Source of the DNA: Balanoglossus misakiensis
Taxonomy: Eukaryota > Animalia > Hemichordata
Reading direction: 5' to 3'
DNA length: 64,000 nucleotides
Assembly: GCA_040954595.2 (NCBI GenBank)
Contig: JBECUI020000028.1
Span: 1 to 64,000 of the forward strand
The first letter of the stretch is position 1; each line of letters starts with the position of its first letter. The notes beneath the pieces are model-generated. The model was not told the origin of the DNA and ran no database searches. It was given only the letters and a program-made list of their open reading frames with translations. The position numbers were made by a program, and so were the translations under genes. Positions 25,876 to 40,663 of the stretch are shown here, piece after piece.

Positions 25876-28800
25876 TTTTATTTATTGCGTATGTACATGT
25901 CCCCAACTGGCTTTCATAGTTTTAAACCGATGGTGGCAAAGAAGTTTTCCGCGAACATGAAAACAACACAGCTGCAAAATGAAGGTATTGTTCTACTGAT
26001 ACATTAAACGCACAACTTAGAATATGTGCCGTTTTAGCCACATGCAGATTGCAGGCACCATGTAGCTCTGCTTGGCATAGTAAAACACGTGTCACGTGTT
26101 GATCACATGACTTAAATGAAGGCGAACGTCCATGTTTGTATGGGAGGGTCACCAGTTTTACGGCGCTGCATTAACGACGTTTACGATTCGGCGACAAACA
26201 CGTCAAGTAGGTTCTCATTTGTGAAATTTTCGTTCGATCTTTATTTCTGACAACATTATGTACATGTTCATGTAGTTTATTGTTTGAAAATCGGTGCGTA
26301 TCATTTTGCTCCGCACCCAACGGATTTTCCTATGGATGGCTCCATAGCTGTGGGGAGGGAGAGCAGCGTTGACCCAAACAGCGTATAAGTCCAGAGCTAT
26401 GCTGGGCAGAGCTGTGTGTCTTTACGACGTCACTCCTGTATATGAGAGAGACGGTGGGCGATCTCTTTTACAGTTATTTTCAAAATATTGTTTTTAAAAA
26501 AATAATATTTATTATCATCATCATCATCATCATGATTCCAGCTATTAATTTGCAGTACACGTTGTTGTCTTTTGCCAGAAAGGAATGCATTTCTCATATC
26601 ACCTTACAAACTGCCAGAAATCCAAACAACACCTTTATGATAAAGCCTACAATGAAATGGTGGATGGTACAAATCAAAGATTATGTGACTGCATGATCCT
26701 CTCCACATGATACTTCTCAAAGGATATTAATTTGCTTAGAGGGTGAATGTCTGTTGCTAAGCAACCAATGATGTGGGAGTGATGTAGAAATCTTTGTGAT
26801 TTCTCAAAATATAACCATTATTCTAAATTAATATTTCCGTCAATTGGTTTTCAAGCATAATATATACACAACACAACAAATTATATTGATATACCATGCC
26901 TAAAATATGAAATGGAAAAAATGCAATCAAATGAGTGGCCAAGCAATTTTTTTCAAAATTTTCCATTTAATTAACATTTTGTAATAGTTTATATATTTGA
27001 GGCTGACTGTGGGTTGATTCTGTCTGTCTTAAACATTCAAGAAAAATTTGTTTGTAAAGTCATTTCAATGCCTGTCTATTAAAGCCTGTATAGCTGCCAA
27101 ATTTCACATTTTTCAACAATAAAATACTTCAAATATATTCCCTATCCTCTAAATCCTCAACTTAAGCCATATTACTCGCATTTGCATCAGTTTGTCATCT
27201 TTTGGCGACGCAAACCACGATAGCTGCGTACTGTTTGTATGGAGGCTGATGAAATAGGTGCGGCACCGTTTTAATACAAAAGTGTTCAAATTGCAACATG
27301 CAGTCATAATCGAGCATCGATAAGGTGTTCATGTATACCTAAGTAAGCTTATTTAGATGGACTAATTTAAGTTGGAAATTAATGCTAAAAAGTGGCAGCT
27401 CTAGAGACTTTCAATTCCACATTTTCTAATTCCACAATTGTTGGATGTAAATGTATTTGAAATATGTGCTTTGATTGGATTATATGACATAGATTTATTT
27501 GAAGGGTGTGTTTGGATTAGATTATGTGACCATTGGATTTTGGATTTGTGTTCAAGAATTGTTTCGAAATATAGAAGGGATCTGATGAAAAATGTTCAGG
27601 CAATTATTTTACCTTGGTCTAGAGTTTTAAAAAAGGGTGCGTGATTTTCATGTTGTTTGGGTATTGATACTATGTTCACTTCCAGTTCTATATTTGCAAA
27701 TTGAGATATGCTTAAATGTCCAGTATCCAGCTTATCAACTCTACCAGTATTTTCATTAATAACAATAAAATTTATGCGTTTATTGTTTGTGTAATTTGGA
27801 TTATTAAGTCAAATGAGGGACAGTTCTTAATGTACACCTTGGAATGAATCAATCAACAACATAATAGATAGGTGCATATTTTTCCTCTATTTTGATGTGA
27901 ACTTTGCTAAATCCTTTTTATCATTTAAACAATGACCTTTGGCTTTTCAGAGACGCGGTCAAGATGTCTCTCCTAATCCGTTTGAGCTCGCGCTCTGATT
28001 CGATAGTATCATGCAGATGTTGCTTCATGTGATTGGCTAACGTCCTTGTCACGTGACGTGGCATACGTGTGGAACATACGTTCGGAACAACAAACGACAC
28101 TTGTACGCGTAAATTATGATTACGTATAAAATAATTCGGATAATCTCAATTTTTGGCGATCGATCTATAAAAATGAAATTGTGAAGTAAGTAGGCAACCA
28201 TGGTGATACTTCCGGTGGAACGCCATTCTCCAGATAGTATGTGCGCGCGTCAGAGAGAACCTGCCTTCCTACCATGTGAGCAGAGCTGTGGTGGATCCCA
28301 GGGGACGCAGATCACATTTGCATTCGTAGTCTGCGCGTTCGCACTATTTCATGCAAAATACAGCCTCCAGTTCTTAAAATTACTACACGGAAATGTTATT
28401 TCGTTGTGTCTAAAGAATTTAAAAACCATTATTTGCGGAAATTTCACAGTTAGTGCAAGAGAGAGTGACAGATAGTCACGTAGTTCCGCATTCCAACGCA
28501 TGCACTCTTCTTTCGACGTTCGCACTATGCTAACGTCTTATTTACTGTAACATACGACGTGCAGATGTGAAATTACTTCATGAAAATCGATCTGGGTAAA
28601 TATAGCCTAGATTTCAAAAATATCGTTGTGAATGTGATGCACATTAAACGTCGGAAAAACGCGCGATCTTTCTCAATTTGGGGCACCTATGGAGGCATAC
28701 TGGATCGGGAAATTGACTCGAAATACTATAGTATACTGTATAAAGTAGCATTCAGTTTACTGCGTTCTTTACACGATTTATCATGACAAGACAGTTGGTC

Positions 28801-29446
28801 CATCGTATCAGTGGTATACGATGTCCGAAGTGAGCGAGCGAGCGAGCGAGCGGCGGAGGGAGGGGGGGTAGCATGTGGAGAACGCCCTCAATGTGAAATG
28901 TTAACGTAGTCGTTTCTGTTCATACCCCAACCAACATAATACGATTACGATGTACGATCCTACAACAAAGATACGTAAACCACGAAATATAGCTGCTATT
29001 TGAATTTTAAGCATGAATTTTTTTTTAGATAGTATGTCTCTTTAATCTACAATTAGCAAAAAGACAATTTTAATGAATTACTGTACTTTGTAATGCAAAA
29101 AAGTCTTGTACAGCTCATATTGTGGCTAAGTTTAACGACATCGAAACACACTTTGTTAACAATCTTTAAATGGTTGATTAAAACTTTGATGTTTTATTAT
29201 TTTTGGGTGCTAGCCACTTCATTTGTTTTAGCGCATGTTTTAGGTTAGATTAGACATTTTTACATAAATTACTTGTGATATGGGAACGCTCCACAAGTTT
29301 TCTTTTATAATTTTGTTTTTACTCTGCTGTGATGAATTTTTAAAAATAAGATGTTCGATTTCGATTTTATTTTGCGGGTAGATATTTTCATTGCAGTGTC
29401 ATTGTATTTACTTTATGTTTTTATCTGTAAACATTTTTGAGGCTTT

Positions 29447-29600
29447 GGTATTATTATTATGATGATGATGATGATCATCATCATCATTATTATTACTATT
29501 ATTGTTGTCGTCGTCGTTGTTGTTTTTGTATTGTTATTATTATTACATTGCATTGCATTGTATTATGTTGTATTGTTGTTGTTGTTACCATCATCAAAAT
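29447..29600. repeat. Compound trinucleotide low-complexity tract
   Basis: (TAT)n(GAT)n(CAT)n(GTC)n(GTT)n runs. Confidence 0.9.
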
Positions 29601-30337
29601 CACCATGATCGGTCCCTATAGTCTATATACCATGCCATTTCGTCTATGATGGGGAAAATTGATAATAAGTTCTAAAAATGAAGATTGTGTCTAGAGTCTA
29701 CTACAGGTAGAAGTAGGTCTCTAGCAAGTCATTTGATCACAAAATAACTGACCAATCTCTCTAGTTGTCTTATGCCATAGGAGAGATCGTGACGAACACC
29801 TGATTTGACATCATACAAATTATCATTCAGAAACTAAGGTTTGAGTTTGTTATAGCGTTGAATTTCTAAGTGAAAACATATTGTAAAATGTTAAATGGTA
29901 ATGAGTGTCATGTATGTCTTTATTAAATAGTCTAATATTTTATGGTCATAATGTCAAGCTGCAGCCGCTGTTATTCGATAAATCAATACCATGTAACTCC
30001 CCAGTTAAAATTTGTAAAAGAAAGATGCTGGTAGGTGCCGATATGCCATTATATCGAATAATGGGTGAGAAGTCGATAATACTGTAGAACTATAAAACTA
30101 GTTTGTTATATGTCAAGGGTGATTTCGGAAAATCCAAATGCCGTTTTGTTGGTAACGTCTGCATACAAATGCTTGTTGGTTGCTATGCTAAGCAAATTAC
30201 CAAACCAGCATTGTTGAACTTTCAAATTGTAACTGTTCCGTTCCCATCCTCGAGTTTTTTTATTTATTTAAAACTTCTGATCTTTCTATCAATTAAAGCC
30301 CCGCGAGTTGCAACTTTATCATTGATTTTTATAGGAG

Positions 30338-31427
30338 AAAGTAATCATGGATGAAAATTTCAGAGCGTGGTTTGATGATGACCTACCACGTGGGTGGAAA
30401 ATACTCCTGCCATGTGGGTGGAAGCATGCTCCGATAGAAATTATGGAATGTTTGGTTAAAGTAACTGGATTACAACTTGATATAGGTAAGTCAACTAATT
30501 TGAGTTGATGGCTGGGGAAATTAATCATGGATGACAATTTCAGAGCATGGTTTGATGATGACCTACCACGTGGGTGGAAAATACTCCTGCCATGTGGGTG
30601 GAAGCATGCTCTGATAGAAATTATGAAATGTTTGGTTAAAGTAACTGGATTACAACTTGATATAGGTAAGTAAACTAATTTGAGTTGATGGCTGGGGAAA
30701 GTAATCGTGGATGAAAATTTCAGAGCATGGTTTGATGATGACCTACCACGTGGGTGGAAAATACTCCTGCCATGTGGGTGGAAGCATGCTCCGATAGAAA
30801 TTATGGAATGTTTGGTTAAAGTAACTGGATTACAACTTGATATAGGTAAGTAAACTAATTTGAGTTGATGGCTGGGGAAATTAATCATGGATGAAAATTT
30901 CAGAGCATGGTTTGATGATGACCTACCACGTGGGTGGAAAATACTCCTGCCATGTGGGTGGAAGCATGCTCCGATAGAAATTATGGAATGTTTGGTTAAA
31001 GTAACTGGATTACAACTTGATATAGGTAAGTAAACTAATTTGAGTTGATGGCTGGGGAAAGTAATCGTGGATGAAAATTTCAGAGCATGGTTTGATGATG
31101 ACCTACCACGTCGGTGGAAAATACTCCTGCCATGTGGGTGGAAGCCTGCTCCGATAGAAATTATGGAATGTTTGGTTAAAGTAACTGGATTACAACTTGA
31201 TATAGGTAAGTCAACTAATTTGAGTTGATGGCTGGGGAAAGTAATCGTGGATGAAAATTTCAGAGCATGGTTTGATGATGACCTACCACGTGGGTGGAAA
31301 ATACTCTTGCCATGTGGGTGGAAGCCTGCTCCGATAGAAATTATGGAATGTTTGGTTAAAGTAACTGGATTACAACTTGATATAGGTAAGTAAACTAATT
31401 TGAGTTGATGGATGGGGAAATTAATCA
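30338..31427. repeat. 180-bp tandem satellite, ~6 copies
   Basis: Exact 180-bp period with few substitutions; inverted unit fragments at 31428-31478 and 34295-34360. Confidence 0.95.
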
Positions 31428-32402
31428 TTCCATAATTTCTATCGGAGCATGCTTCCACCCACATGGCAGGAGTATTTTGAAATCCCCCCCCCCATTTTCT
31501 TTCACAGAGCAAAACACATCACCTAGTATCTATCCCATGAAAAGAATTCGAAACTGATGTACCCCTTCACTGAACATTGCTTTTATTTTGTAAGTATTTG
31601 TACTCTGTGTTGGGAGACATTGTAAACCGAGAATTGAAGGGGATGGGTTTGGGAGGGGGTGTCCCCCTCCCACGTAAGAAAATTTTATAAAATACAGAGC
31701 TCAAAGCTGAATTTTAATGAACCCGGCAAAAGCAAATTAACTCAACTACCGGTATGTTGGGGAGGACAAATTTAACCGTCGCCGCTCAAAGTTATCATGG
31801 GGTTGGGGCAAGTCCCCTGACCTGGGACACTAGATAAACCAATCAATGATTGAAAGGTGTTGATGAAACAGTATAGAAAACATTTTCCAATTTCCGAAAA
31901 ACCTCTTTTTTACATTATTACTGCTGAAAAAGTTAGAAATTTATGAAAATATTCCTTATTCTTTGCCAATTTCTAATGAAAAAATTACATAATGGTATTC
32001 TTAGTCTCTTTCCTGCAGCTGTACAGCAGGAAAAATGCATTTTGTCATATTTTGGCTTTAAACTCAAATTAAAATTTATCTGTGAAAAAACTGAGTCTCC
32101 TTCAAAGCCACGTACATGACAGTCCTTTTGATTTTTTTCTAATGAAATTTTGTCTCCATGTTTATCATGAGTAATATTTCTATTGAAAATTTGCAAGTGT
32201 GTGAATTGTTTGTAAAATTTCGCCAGAAAAAACAATAGCATCAAAAAGTAAATCTGAAACCCAATATTTATTACAAGAATTGTTAGATTAATATCCGTAT
32301 CACACAAATCCGTTGGATTTCGTATGAATTTTAGGAAATAAGCACTGCTAATTGACAAATCCATATTTTGCAGCTGAAATACTTGGAAAAGAGTCAGCGG
32401 CA

Positions 32403-34199
32403 TGTGAGAGCTTGGAAATTTCCAAGCACTGACAAGGGTCAGTGGTCGGAAATTTCCAGACACTCAGGGAATGTGAGAGCCTGGAAATTTCCAAGCACTG
32501 ACAAGGGTCAGTGGTCGGAAATTTCCAGACACTCAGGGAATGTGAGAGCTTAGAAATTTCCAAGCACTGACAAGGGTCAGTGGTCGGAAATTTCCAGACA
32601 CTCAGGGAATGTGAGAGCTTAGAAATTTCCAAGCACTGACAAGGGTCAGTGGTCGGAAATTTCCAGACACTCAGGGAATGTGAGAGCCTGGAAATTTCCA
32701 AGCACTGACAAGGGTCAGTGGTCGGAAATTTCCAGACACTCAGGGAATGTGAGAGCCTGGAAATTTCCAAGCACTGACAAGGGTCAGTGGTCGGAAATTT
32801 CCGGACACTCAGGGAATGTGAGAGCTTGGAAATTTCCAAGCACTGACAAGGGTCAGTGGTCGGAAATTTCCGGACACTCAGGGAATGTGAGAGCCTGGAA
32901 ATTTCCAAGCACTGACAAGGGTCAGTGGTCGGAAATTTCCAGACACTCAGGGAATGTGAGAGCTTAGAAATTTCCAAGCACTGACAAGGGTCAGTGGTCG
33001 GAAATTTCCAGACACTCAGGGAATGTGAGAGCCTTGAAATTTCCAAGCACTGACAGGGTCGTGGTAGTCCCCCGTACAGGTCTGCGTTCTCCCGGAGTTT
33101 AATACATGACTTCCACCACATCTCTGCAAGGCTCCATGGACAAAACTGATTCGTCTGAGATCCGGATCCGGACAGCAGCTTTTCGGCCGAGATTCGATTT
33201 TATCGGGGGGAATCTTTCCCCCGTCTACCCACAAATGACTCCAAATATGATGTAATTAACTTCCGAGCCGCTCGCTTTCTGATTTTCTCTTGTGTTTACC
33301 TGTTGAGATCGCCATATTGAATACAGTGAGGTTATCTCAATGGGTAAACACAAAAGTTTCAGAAAGCGAGCGGTTCGGATGTTAGAAGAAGTCAATCGTG
33401 GAGTCGGTTATAACCGGTTAGTAGACAGGGAAAGGATATTCTCCCGATAAAATCGAATTTCAGCGAAAAGCTCTGGTACGGATCTGGACCGCAGACGCAA
33501 CAGGTTTGTCTAAGGAGCCTTAGCGTCACAATGTTCATGACAGGCTTCGCCTACCAACTCCTCTGAGTTAGCCCATACACTAGTTGTTTATTGGGAATTG
33601 GTATTGTTTATCTGACATAATTGTTCTTTCTACTCTGTATACAAAGTCACAACTTCACAACGTAGGGTTGAAGATATAAACACAGGCGCAGTTCCTCAAC
33701 AGATCGTTTTCCTAAAGGCCATAATTTGAAACATGATAGAGAAACTCAAGATTTCCAAGCACTGACCCTGTCAATGCTTGGAAATTTCCAGGCTCTCACA
33801 TTCCCCGAGTGTCTGGAAATTTCCGACCACTGACCCTGTCAGTGCTTGGAAATTTCTAGGCTCTCACATTCCCTGAGTGTCTGGAAATTTCCGACCACTG
33901 ACCCTTGTCAGTGCTTGGAAATTTCTAAGCTCTCACATTCCCTGAGTGTCTGGAAATTTCCGACCACTGACCCTTGTCAGTGCTTGGAAATTTCCAGGCT
34001 CTCACATTCCCTGAGTGTCTGGAAATTTCCGACCACTGACCCTTGTCAGTGCTTGGAAATTTCCAGGCTCTCACATTCCCTGAGTGTCCGGAAATTTCCG
34101 ACCACTGACCCTTGTCAGTGCTTGGAAATTTCCAGGCTCTCACATTCCCTGAGTGTCTGGAAATTTCCGACCACTGACCCTTGTCAGTGCTTGGAAATT
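32403..34199. mobile_element. Foldback non-coding element: two inverted arrays of a 69-bp unit around a unique core
   Basis: ~9.5 units at 32403-33060 and ~6 inverted units at 33750-34199; the unit holds palindromes GCTTGGAAATTTCCAAGC and CACTGAC..GTCAGTG. No TSD found. Confidence 0.75.
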
Positions 34200-35435
34200 A
34201 TTTCAAATCCCCCCCTTACATACCCTCAATTTTTTCAAATCCCCCCCCCCTCAATTCTCCTGCCCCCCCCTCCAGAGGTGTTTGTGAATGCAGCCTTACC
34301 TATATCAAGTTGTAATCCAGTTACTTTAACCAAACATTCCATAATTTCTATCGGAGCATGCCAGACACTCCTGTCACAGTACCGTAATTGATACAAAGGC
34401 AAACTGTTATATTTACTTTCCTGAGTTAATTTTCACGAAGTGTAGTAAAATATCTAATTATATGTGCCTCCCACACCATAACACCGTACTTTCTCCGTAT
34501 GTACACTGTAGCTGCACATGCGCTCTCGGTGGATGATAGATGACCTTGGGTCATGTAATCAACACGCGACCTTACGTCAGCTGCCTCCCCAGGGATAAGC
34601 CTCACCACTGCCCACATGGTAGCTGGGCAGGAACTCTTCGACTCGCGCACTTACCCTATCCCATTCTCGTGTCGACGCTGTACAAACGCAACGCGCATGC
34701 GCGAGTTAACCCGGAAGCGTTTGCAGCGTGATTCGTACAGTTTTCTCTGCTGGAGCCAATTACTTGAGACTTCTGGCCGTAATCATGAGGAGGAGAAACC
34801 AATAGTACAGAAATAGAGTTAAAGGAGTTGATGAATTGTCGTTTCGGACGGTTTAACTTGGTTAAGTATAAACGAAATGAGTTTTACCGTATAATGTCGC
34901 GATCAGTAACATGGTCAACTGATCGATTTTGATATGATGGGTGTTCGTCACAACCCTCATATGATCGTGCGTACAATCCCTTTCTTTTAGTTTTGCATGT
35001 GGATAACTGATTTTAACAGTTGGTATGTTTTGGTCTGATTGATAGACAATAACATCCCAATGTATCTCACTTGACCAGCATATAGACTATCTTCTTTGCA
35101 TTCAATTGTTTTACTGTCTATCAGACTATCTTCTTTGCGTTCAATTGTTTTACTGTCTATCAATCAGTTGCCCTACCACCACGACAAGGTACATACCATA
35201 GGTAGGGAATGTAGGTGTTCTGTGTGTGCATAGTGAGTGTGTGTCAATGTTGACATTTAGCAAATATATCACATTGCATGATCGGCATTATTATTACTCG
35301 TACTGGTATTTTGTTGATGTCCATTTGTATTTTACTGCTTTTAAATCCACATTTTTTGCACAACAAGGATATGACAATGGTAATTGCAAGCCACAAGAAT
35401 CACACTGTCTTGTAATTGTGGCATTGATCATGAGC

Positions 35436-38400
35436 TTACCTGTCGGTGAAGGACAGAGGTGTTATACTACCAACAGCATTGCTGATATCATTCCCAGTTG
35501 TGAGCTGATTGAATTTTGTAAGTAAATGTCTTGGTTCATCCAGTGAAGTTGTTAATAACACTGCACCCAACTGATGTCCACTCAAGATGTGATAGTGGGA
35601 ATCAAAGAGAATCAACTGAAAAAAAAGACAATGATAGTTCATCTAACTTTGTGTGTACTTTAATACAAGTATATTTTCATGGTTATATCTTATTATTTAG
35701 AGTTAGATGTTTTCATATTAAGTGAATCAAGTGCCATGGTGCCCAAAACTCAAGTTGGATAGCAGTATTATAATTATGTTATTATTTGACTTAATGAAAT
35801 GCCAAAAATACACAGCAACTGTTTTGTGATAATCATTACCTTGTTTTGGTGCCTGTAGAAAACCACACTCTGTCCTCGTGAAATGTATATTGCAGTGTAA
35901 ATGGTTTCTCGTGAGAACTGTTGTTGTAACTGATATACAAGACTTTCTGTTGTGTCGCTGAAATTGTTGTAAACAGGACCTATCTCTTGATTGTATTGTG
36001 TAGGAAACCTGCAATGTGCAACTGCCTCTTCAACAGTCAAATTAAGTGAAGGGGGAGAGACATGTTGTTCGATATATCTGGAAGTGAAAGAAAAATAATT
36101 TGGTAAGTACTGAATAATAATGTTCCAACTATGAGTAAAGATCCGCCATACATGTAACTTTGACCTCTGTAGAAACATTTTACTGACACATTTTTTTTTT
36201 AAATTTGGCTGGATGATGACTTTACATATACATATACATGTACATTGTTTTTACATTATTCATGATTGATAAAGTATCATACACAGGCTTACCTGTCATG
36301 GCTTTCATTTCCTGACTTGAGACCTAAATACAGTAGTGAACTAACTGCATGGGGTAGAGATGTGTGTGTGTTTACCTGGGATGGAATCTGATCCAGGACT
36401 GCTCTATTCAAATGGAACAGTCTAGCTATATACAAAGCGATTATGGTACATGCATTGCTGCTGCCATGTCTTACACCGGCCTGACTGAAACTGGGTGGAA
36501 ATACCCAATATAAACAGTTGTGATATGACTGTGTTTGAGGCATGGATAGAAGCATTGTAAATGATCTACCGGACGAGGATGTAGTGTTGTTTTGTGACTG
36601 GTGCTGTGTCTGGCTTTGTCTTTGTATTGGAGGTTGTTCTCGGTGTGGCTGGTGTTCTTGGTGTCTACTAGTAATAGTATTGTCTGATGAGTTCTCACTG
36701 GTTTGTGCATGTAATAGCAAAGGACATGTTATTTATGACTTTGTTTGTTGTCTTGGTGTGACCATACTGTTTACAATGTGAACACCGTCTTCTGCTAGCT
36801 GCAAATGGTTGAGAAGATGGTTGTGTATTGGTACACGTCTGTCTGTCTGGTTGATGGTGTGGTCTTTGAATGTGTATATTTTGAAGTTTTGTGGAGAGGT
36901 CAATACCAAACTGGGGTGAAATGTAGTATTGCCTATCTCTTTGTGTGATGACAGGTGTAACATTACAAGTGGATGTTTCTTCATCTGTGCGCTGTTGTTG
37001 TGTTTGCTGTTGTTCATTTGAAACTGTAGGTGATGATTGTGTGGGCTGAAGGAGAGAGTCATTGAGGGATTTGACTAGTTTCTGTGCCTGATCCTGAATA
37101 AGAGGTGTGCATATTGGACAGCTTGAGTCAGTTTCAAGATGTGAGGAATGTATAAGATGACGGCATGGTAGGTGAAGGAGATCTGTAGTGTCATTATGTG
37201 GGTTGGAACAACCAGGATGGTCACATAATTTGTGAGGTGCAGGATCATGTGCTACTACATATGAAAGTGGCATTTGCTTGGGTTGAATCTGTGTGTGTAA
37301 GGTCTTAAGGTGGTAAGTTGGAGGGCCACGTGGCAAACCATCACTATCTGTATCCTGTGTTTTCTTGGACTTTCCAATATTGGCTGCTATATCTGTAAAC
37401 AAGGTGGTCATAGCTTCTGCTGCCTTCCCTGCCAAGACGGAGTAATCCCTTTTGCTGATCCCTCTCTGGCCTGGTGGTATGAACACGCTGGTTAGCTGTT
37501 GTTGGCAACTGTTGCAGCTGAGAGACCGGGCTGTTTTCTGGATGTCAGAAGCTGATATGTTGGTTCGTTGTGTGTGTCTTCTGAGCTGTGCATGAAACAA
37601 CTCAACAAGAGCTTCAGTGAAAGCAGTGAGATATGAAGAATAGTGTGATGTTAAAGATGTGAAAGATAGAGAGTGAAATTCTGAATCACTCAAGTATGAC
37701 AGACATGCCCTGTCGTAATGATGTCGTCCCCACTGGATGAAGAAGATGCTGATTCTCTTCATGAGTTGTTGATACAACTTGTAGTTACCAGATCGGAAGA
37801 CAGCAGCATACAAGAGGAGACAAGCTGGTAGAATGTCTTCCAGGGCATGGATGACAAAATCAACCTCTGGATCCTTGCAGTGGTGGAAGGTTTGAAGTAC
37901 CTGCTCACGGACCAATCTCCAGCCAAGGTAAAATGTACACAGCACCAGTTTTGTCTGCCATGGTCTTGGTTTCAAGGGAAGGTCTCTCTGGAACACTGCC
38001 TTGTACAATGGAGCATAGATTGCCCAACACATCATCACATGGTCTTCATCGATGTTGAGGTTGACATGTAGTGGTCCCTGTCTTGGAATAATATTTGTAT
38101 TAATCTTACCCTGTGCTTGTAATTTCTTGCTGAAAAACCACCCAGGCCAATCTGCTATCATAACCACGGCATACTTTGCAGAGTATAATCTGAAAGCAGG
38201 AATTTTGTCTAAGATGTGTTGATAACATGTTTGGTAATTCTCAAGACAGTGGAGAGGCATTTCAAGGAGATCAACAAGATGTGAGTGTTTGAGTGAGTGC
38301 ATCATCCTGAATTGATATTCTTTGTATAACTTGAAATGCTCCAACATTTCATCAAATTTGTCTGGTGTGATGTTTGTGTAGTCTGTTGGTAATGAATCCA

Positions 38401-40619
38401 TGATAGTTTGTGTTTGGCTCATGGTCTCTTGTATAGTGTGTGTTATTATGTCAGGATCTACACCACCAATGACACCATTAACTACATTGTGCATTGTTTC
38501 ATTTATTGGTATGGCAGGGCAACCTGGAATAGATATTAGTATTGTAGCAAAGTGGAGAGCAGAAGATGTTTTCATGTCTGTGGGTCGTTTGTGTAATTGT
38601 ATGTGATGATAATCATCTATGTTAAGGGTGATCAACAGTTTCTTCTGTGAGGGAGAAAAAAGATAAAATGTATAATTATTAAGTGGATTTAGAACTTCCA
38701 GAAGATGTACATGTATATGTACACACAACACAAACATGATGTAATACTGATCACTGACATTTCCACTTTCAAGCAGAATACCAATTTTAGATGATGGTTA
38801 TGTAAAAAAATCAATTTGTATAACTAATTTGCTAAGAAAATAGATTTTATTCAAACAAAATTTCTACTTACATTGTATGCATCTAACACACGCCTATTTG
38901 TTGTTTCAAAGTTTCGGGTGGCAAGATGTTCTCAAAGCGCTTTATTGTGTTTTGGCTAGCAGAATACCCCATCACACGGCCCAGTACCAACCCTTCCCAA
39001 GAGAGTCCATGTTGACGAAGAAACAAGCCACAGTCCTTTTCCAGTGTGGAACACTTTTGTGATCTGTCTCAAGAAATTTTGCATGATTGGTTAATGTGTA
39101 CTCCCCACAGCAGTTTTATATAAAAACTGAAATAATAACTGAAAATATTTGTAACATACATTTTTAATCTGTCTGAACATGACAAATGGACCATAGAAAT
39201 TACCTGAAGTAGGAGAGAATGTGTAGTAGCGCAACAGTTCTTTTTCTTTGCAGATGATATCTCTCTGTTGATAGCCTATTGTCTCTTCTGCAGATTGAAT
39301 TGAAGATGGCCTGATATAATCCTGGACTGTGTTCGTTGCAAAATGTCTCCATGGACTCACTGCTATACAATCTTTTGTGGGGATTTGTCTCATAATATTT
39401 TAAGAGGGCTTGTTGAAACAACTGTACTGATTCCGCAAAGTTAAAACCTACCAAGCAAACATATTAAAGGGTGAAGACAAGTTTTCAAAATACCAAATAT
39501 CTAGCTCTTGACATTGTTATTATTTTTTCACATGATTGATACAGTTCAACTCATACCCTGTGTGTAGGGATAATGCAAAAATACTTTCATGTGTTTATTT
39601 CTGGTACTGACCAAAATTATGTATTCACAGTATTTCTGGTGACTTTAATAAAAATTGATGATATTGGTCTGGTAACCAAAACATGTGTGGTTAACCTAGT
39701 TGAATAAAATGGCTATTTACCTTTTGACAACTTTTTGACGTCTCCCATTATTTTGTCCCAAATGTCCCCCTTTACATGGAAATGGCCATCGGAAAACTGG
39801 ATGACCCCGTACAGTGTTTGCATAAATGTATCTTCAGTAACCTGCTGAAAAATATTTAATAAAATATACTGAAAAAACCTGAACATGGACATAATATGAA
39901 TAATTTAATTACATGTACTCTCTTGTGATGTAATATGAATGATTGCATTCTTTTATCAATGGTCAAAGTTATTAACCATGTGATACTTACATTACAGTTG
40001 GTCTCATGCTCGTCACAGGTCGAGTCAGGCAAAGAGTGGTGGAATGGAACTGGAGCTCCTCCCTTTTTGTGCAAATGAAAATGAAAAGTTATTCTAGATT
40101 TCTAGTAACCATGATTTTGTATTGCTGGCCAGTATCCATTCATTTGCCAGTTAAATTTTCATATTTTGAACAGATAAAATTAAAAATCGTACTACCTTTG
40201 TGTTACGTGATTTAGATTTTCAGCAAACTCTAATCAAACATGATATATAATGGTGATTTTTTTCTCAATGATGTTGAATTTTATCAGAAAAGTCACATAC
40301 AAGATTCCCTCACCTGATGTTCAACTCTTTGCAAACAAGTATGGCAGATCATGCTTCCTACAGTGTTCAGACCTTTCTGCCGTAATTCAACCAAAACCTG
40401 CATTGGGCATGATCTTAATGACCTCGAATGACCAGTTGTTGATGGATATATGCAGGTCTTGATTCGGCGGCTCTTATCATAGTGAAGTCTGCATAAAAAT
40501 TCCCCCTCCCCCACTGCAGCAAACAATGCATGTCTACCATAGACTCGACGGCGCTCACCACTACATAAATCTTGGTATTGAGACCGTGTACGTGGTGACA
40601 AAGCGCATATCATCGCCAT
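35436..40619 (-). pseudogene. Transposase-like polyprotein: Cys-rich N terminus, DDE-like core, RING-like, Zn knuckle, papain-fold C76/herpes-USP-like domain; ~8 exons, at least 2 frameshifts
   Basis: Core motifs NIDDYH, IADWPG, GPLHVNLN, LVELFH; CDHPGC..LPCRHLIH..CPIC; CSHCKQYGH..TCP; FSQAGVRHGSSNACTIIA ... LTVEEAV ... LILFDSH..GA. Frameshifts near 38990 and 36730. Confidence 0.72.
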
Positions 40620-40663
40620 CGTCAGGTTTGGCGTAGTACTGACTGGCTTCCTTATGAGTGAAT

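Larger units (their letters stand above)
17653..25918. mobile_element. Complete IS3EU-type DNA transposon, 8266 bp
   Basis: TIR TATGAAAGCCAGTTGGGGACATGTACATACGCAATAAATAAAAAATTATCTCGAG... at both ends; 6-bp TSD GTTTTA (17647-17652 / 25919-25924). TAY..RTA termini, 6-bp TSD and an integrase-like DDE transposase fit IS3EU. Confidence 0.9.

Noticed and set aside
27300-27830. Possible degraded retroelement coding sequence
   Set aside because: Only compositional bias; no diagnostic motif.
30319-31512. 397-aa repetitive ORF
   Set aside because: Read-through of the 180-bp satellite; no start context or domain.
32348-34391. ORFs with 23-aa repeats on both strands
   Set aside because: Artefacts of the 69-bp tandem unit.
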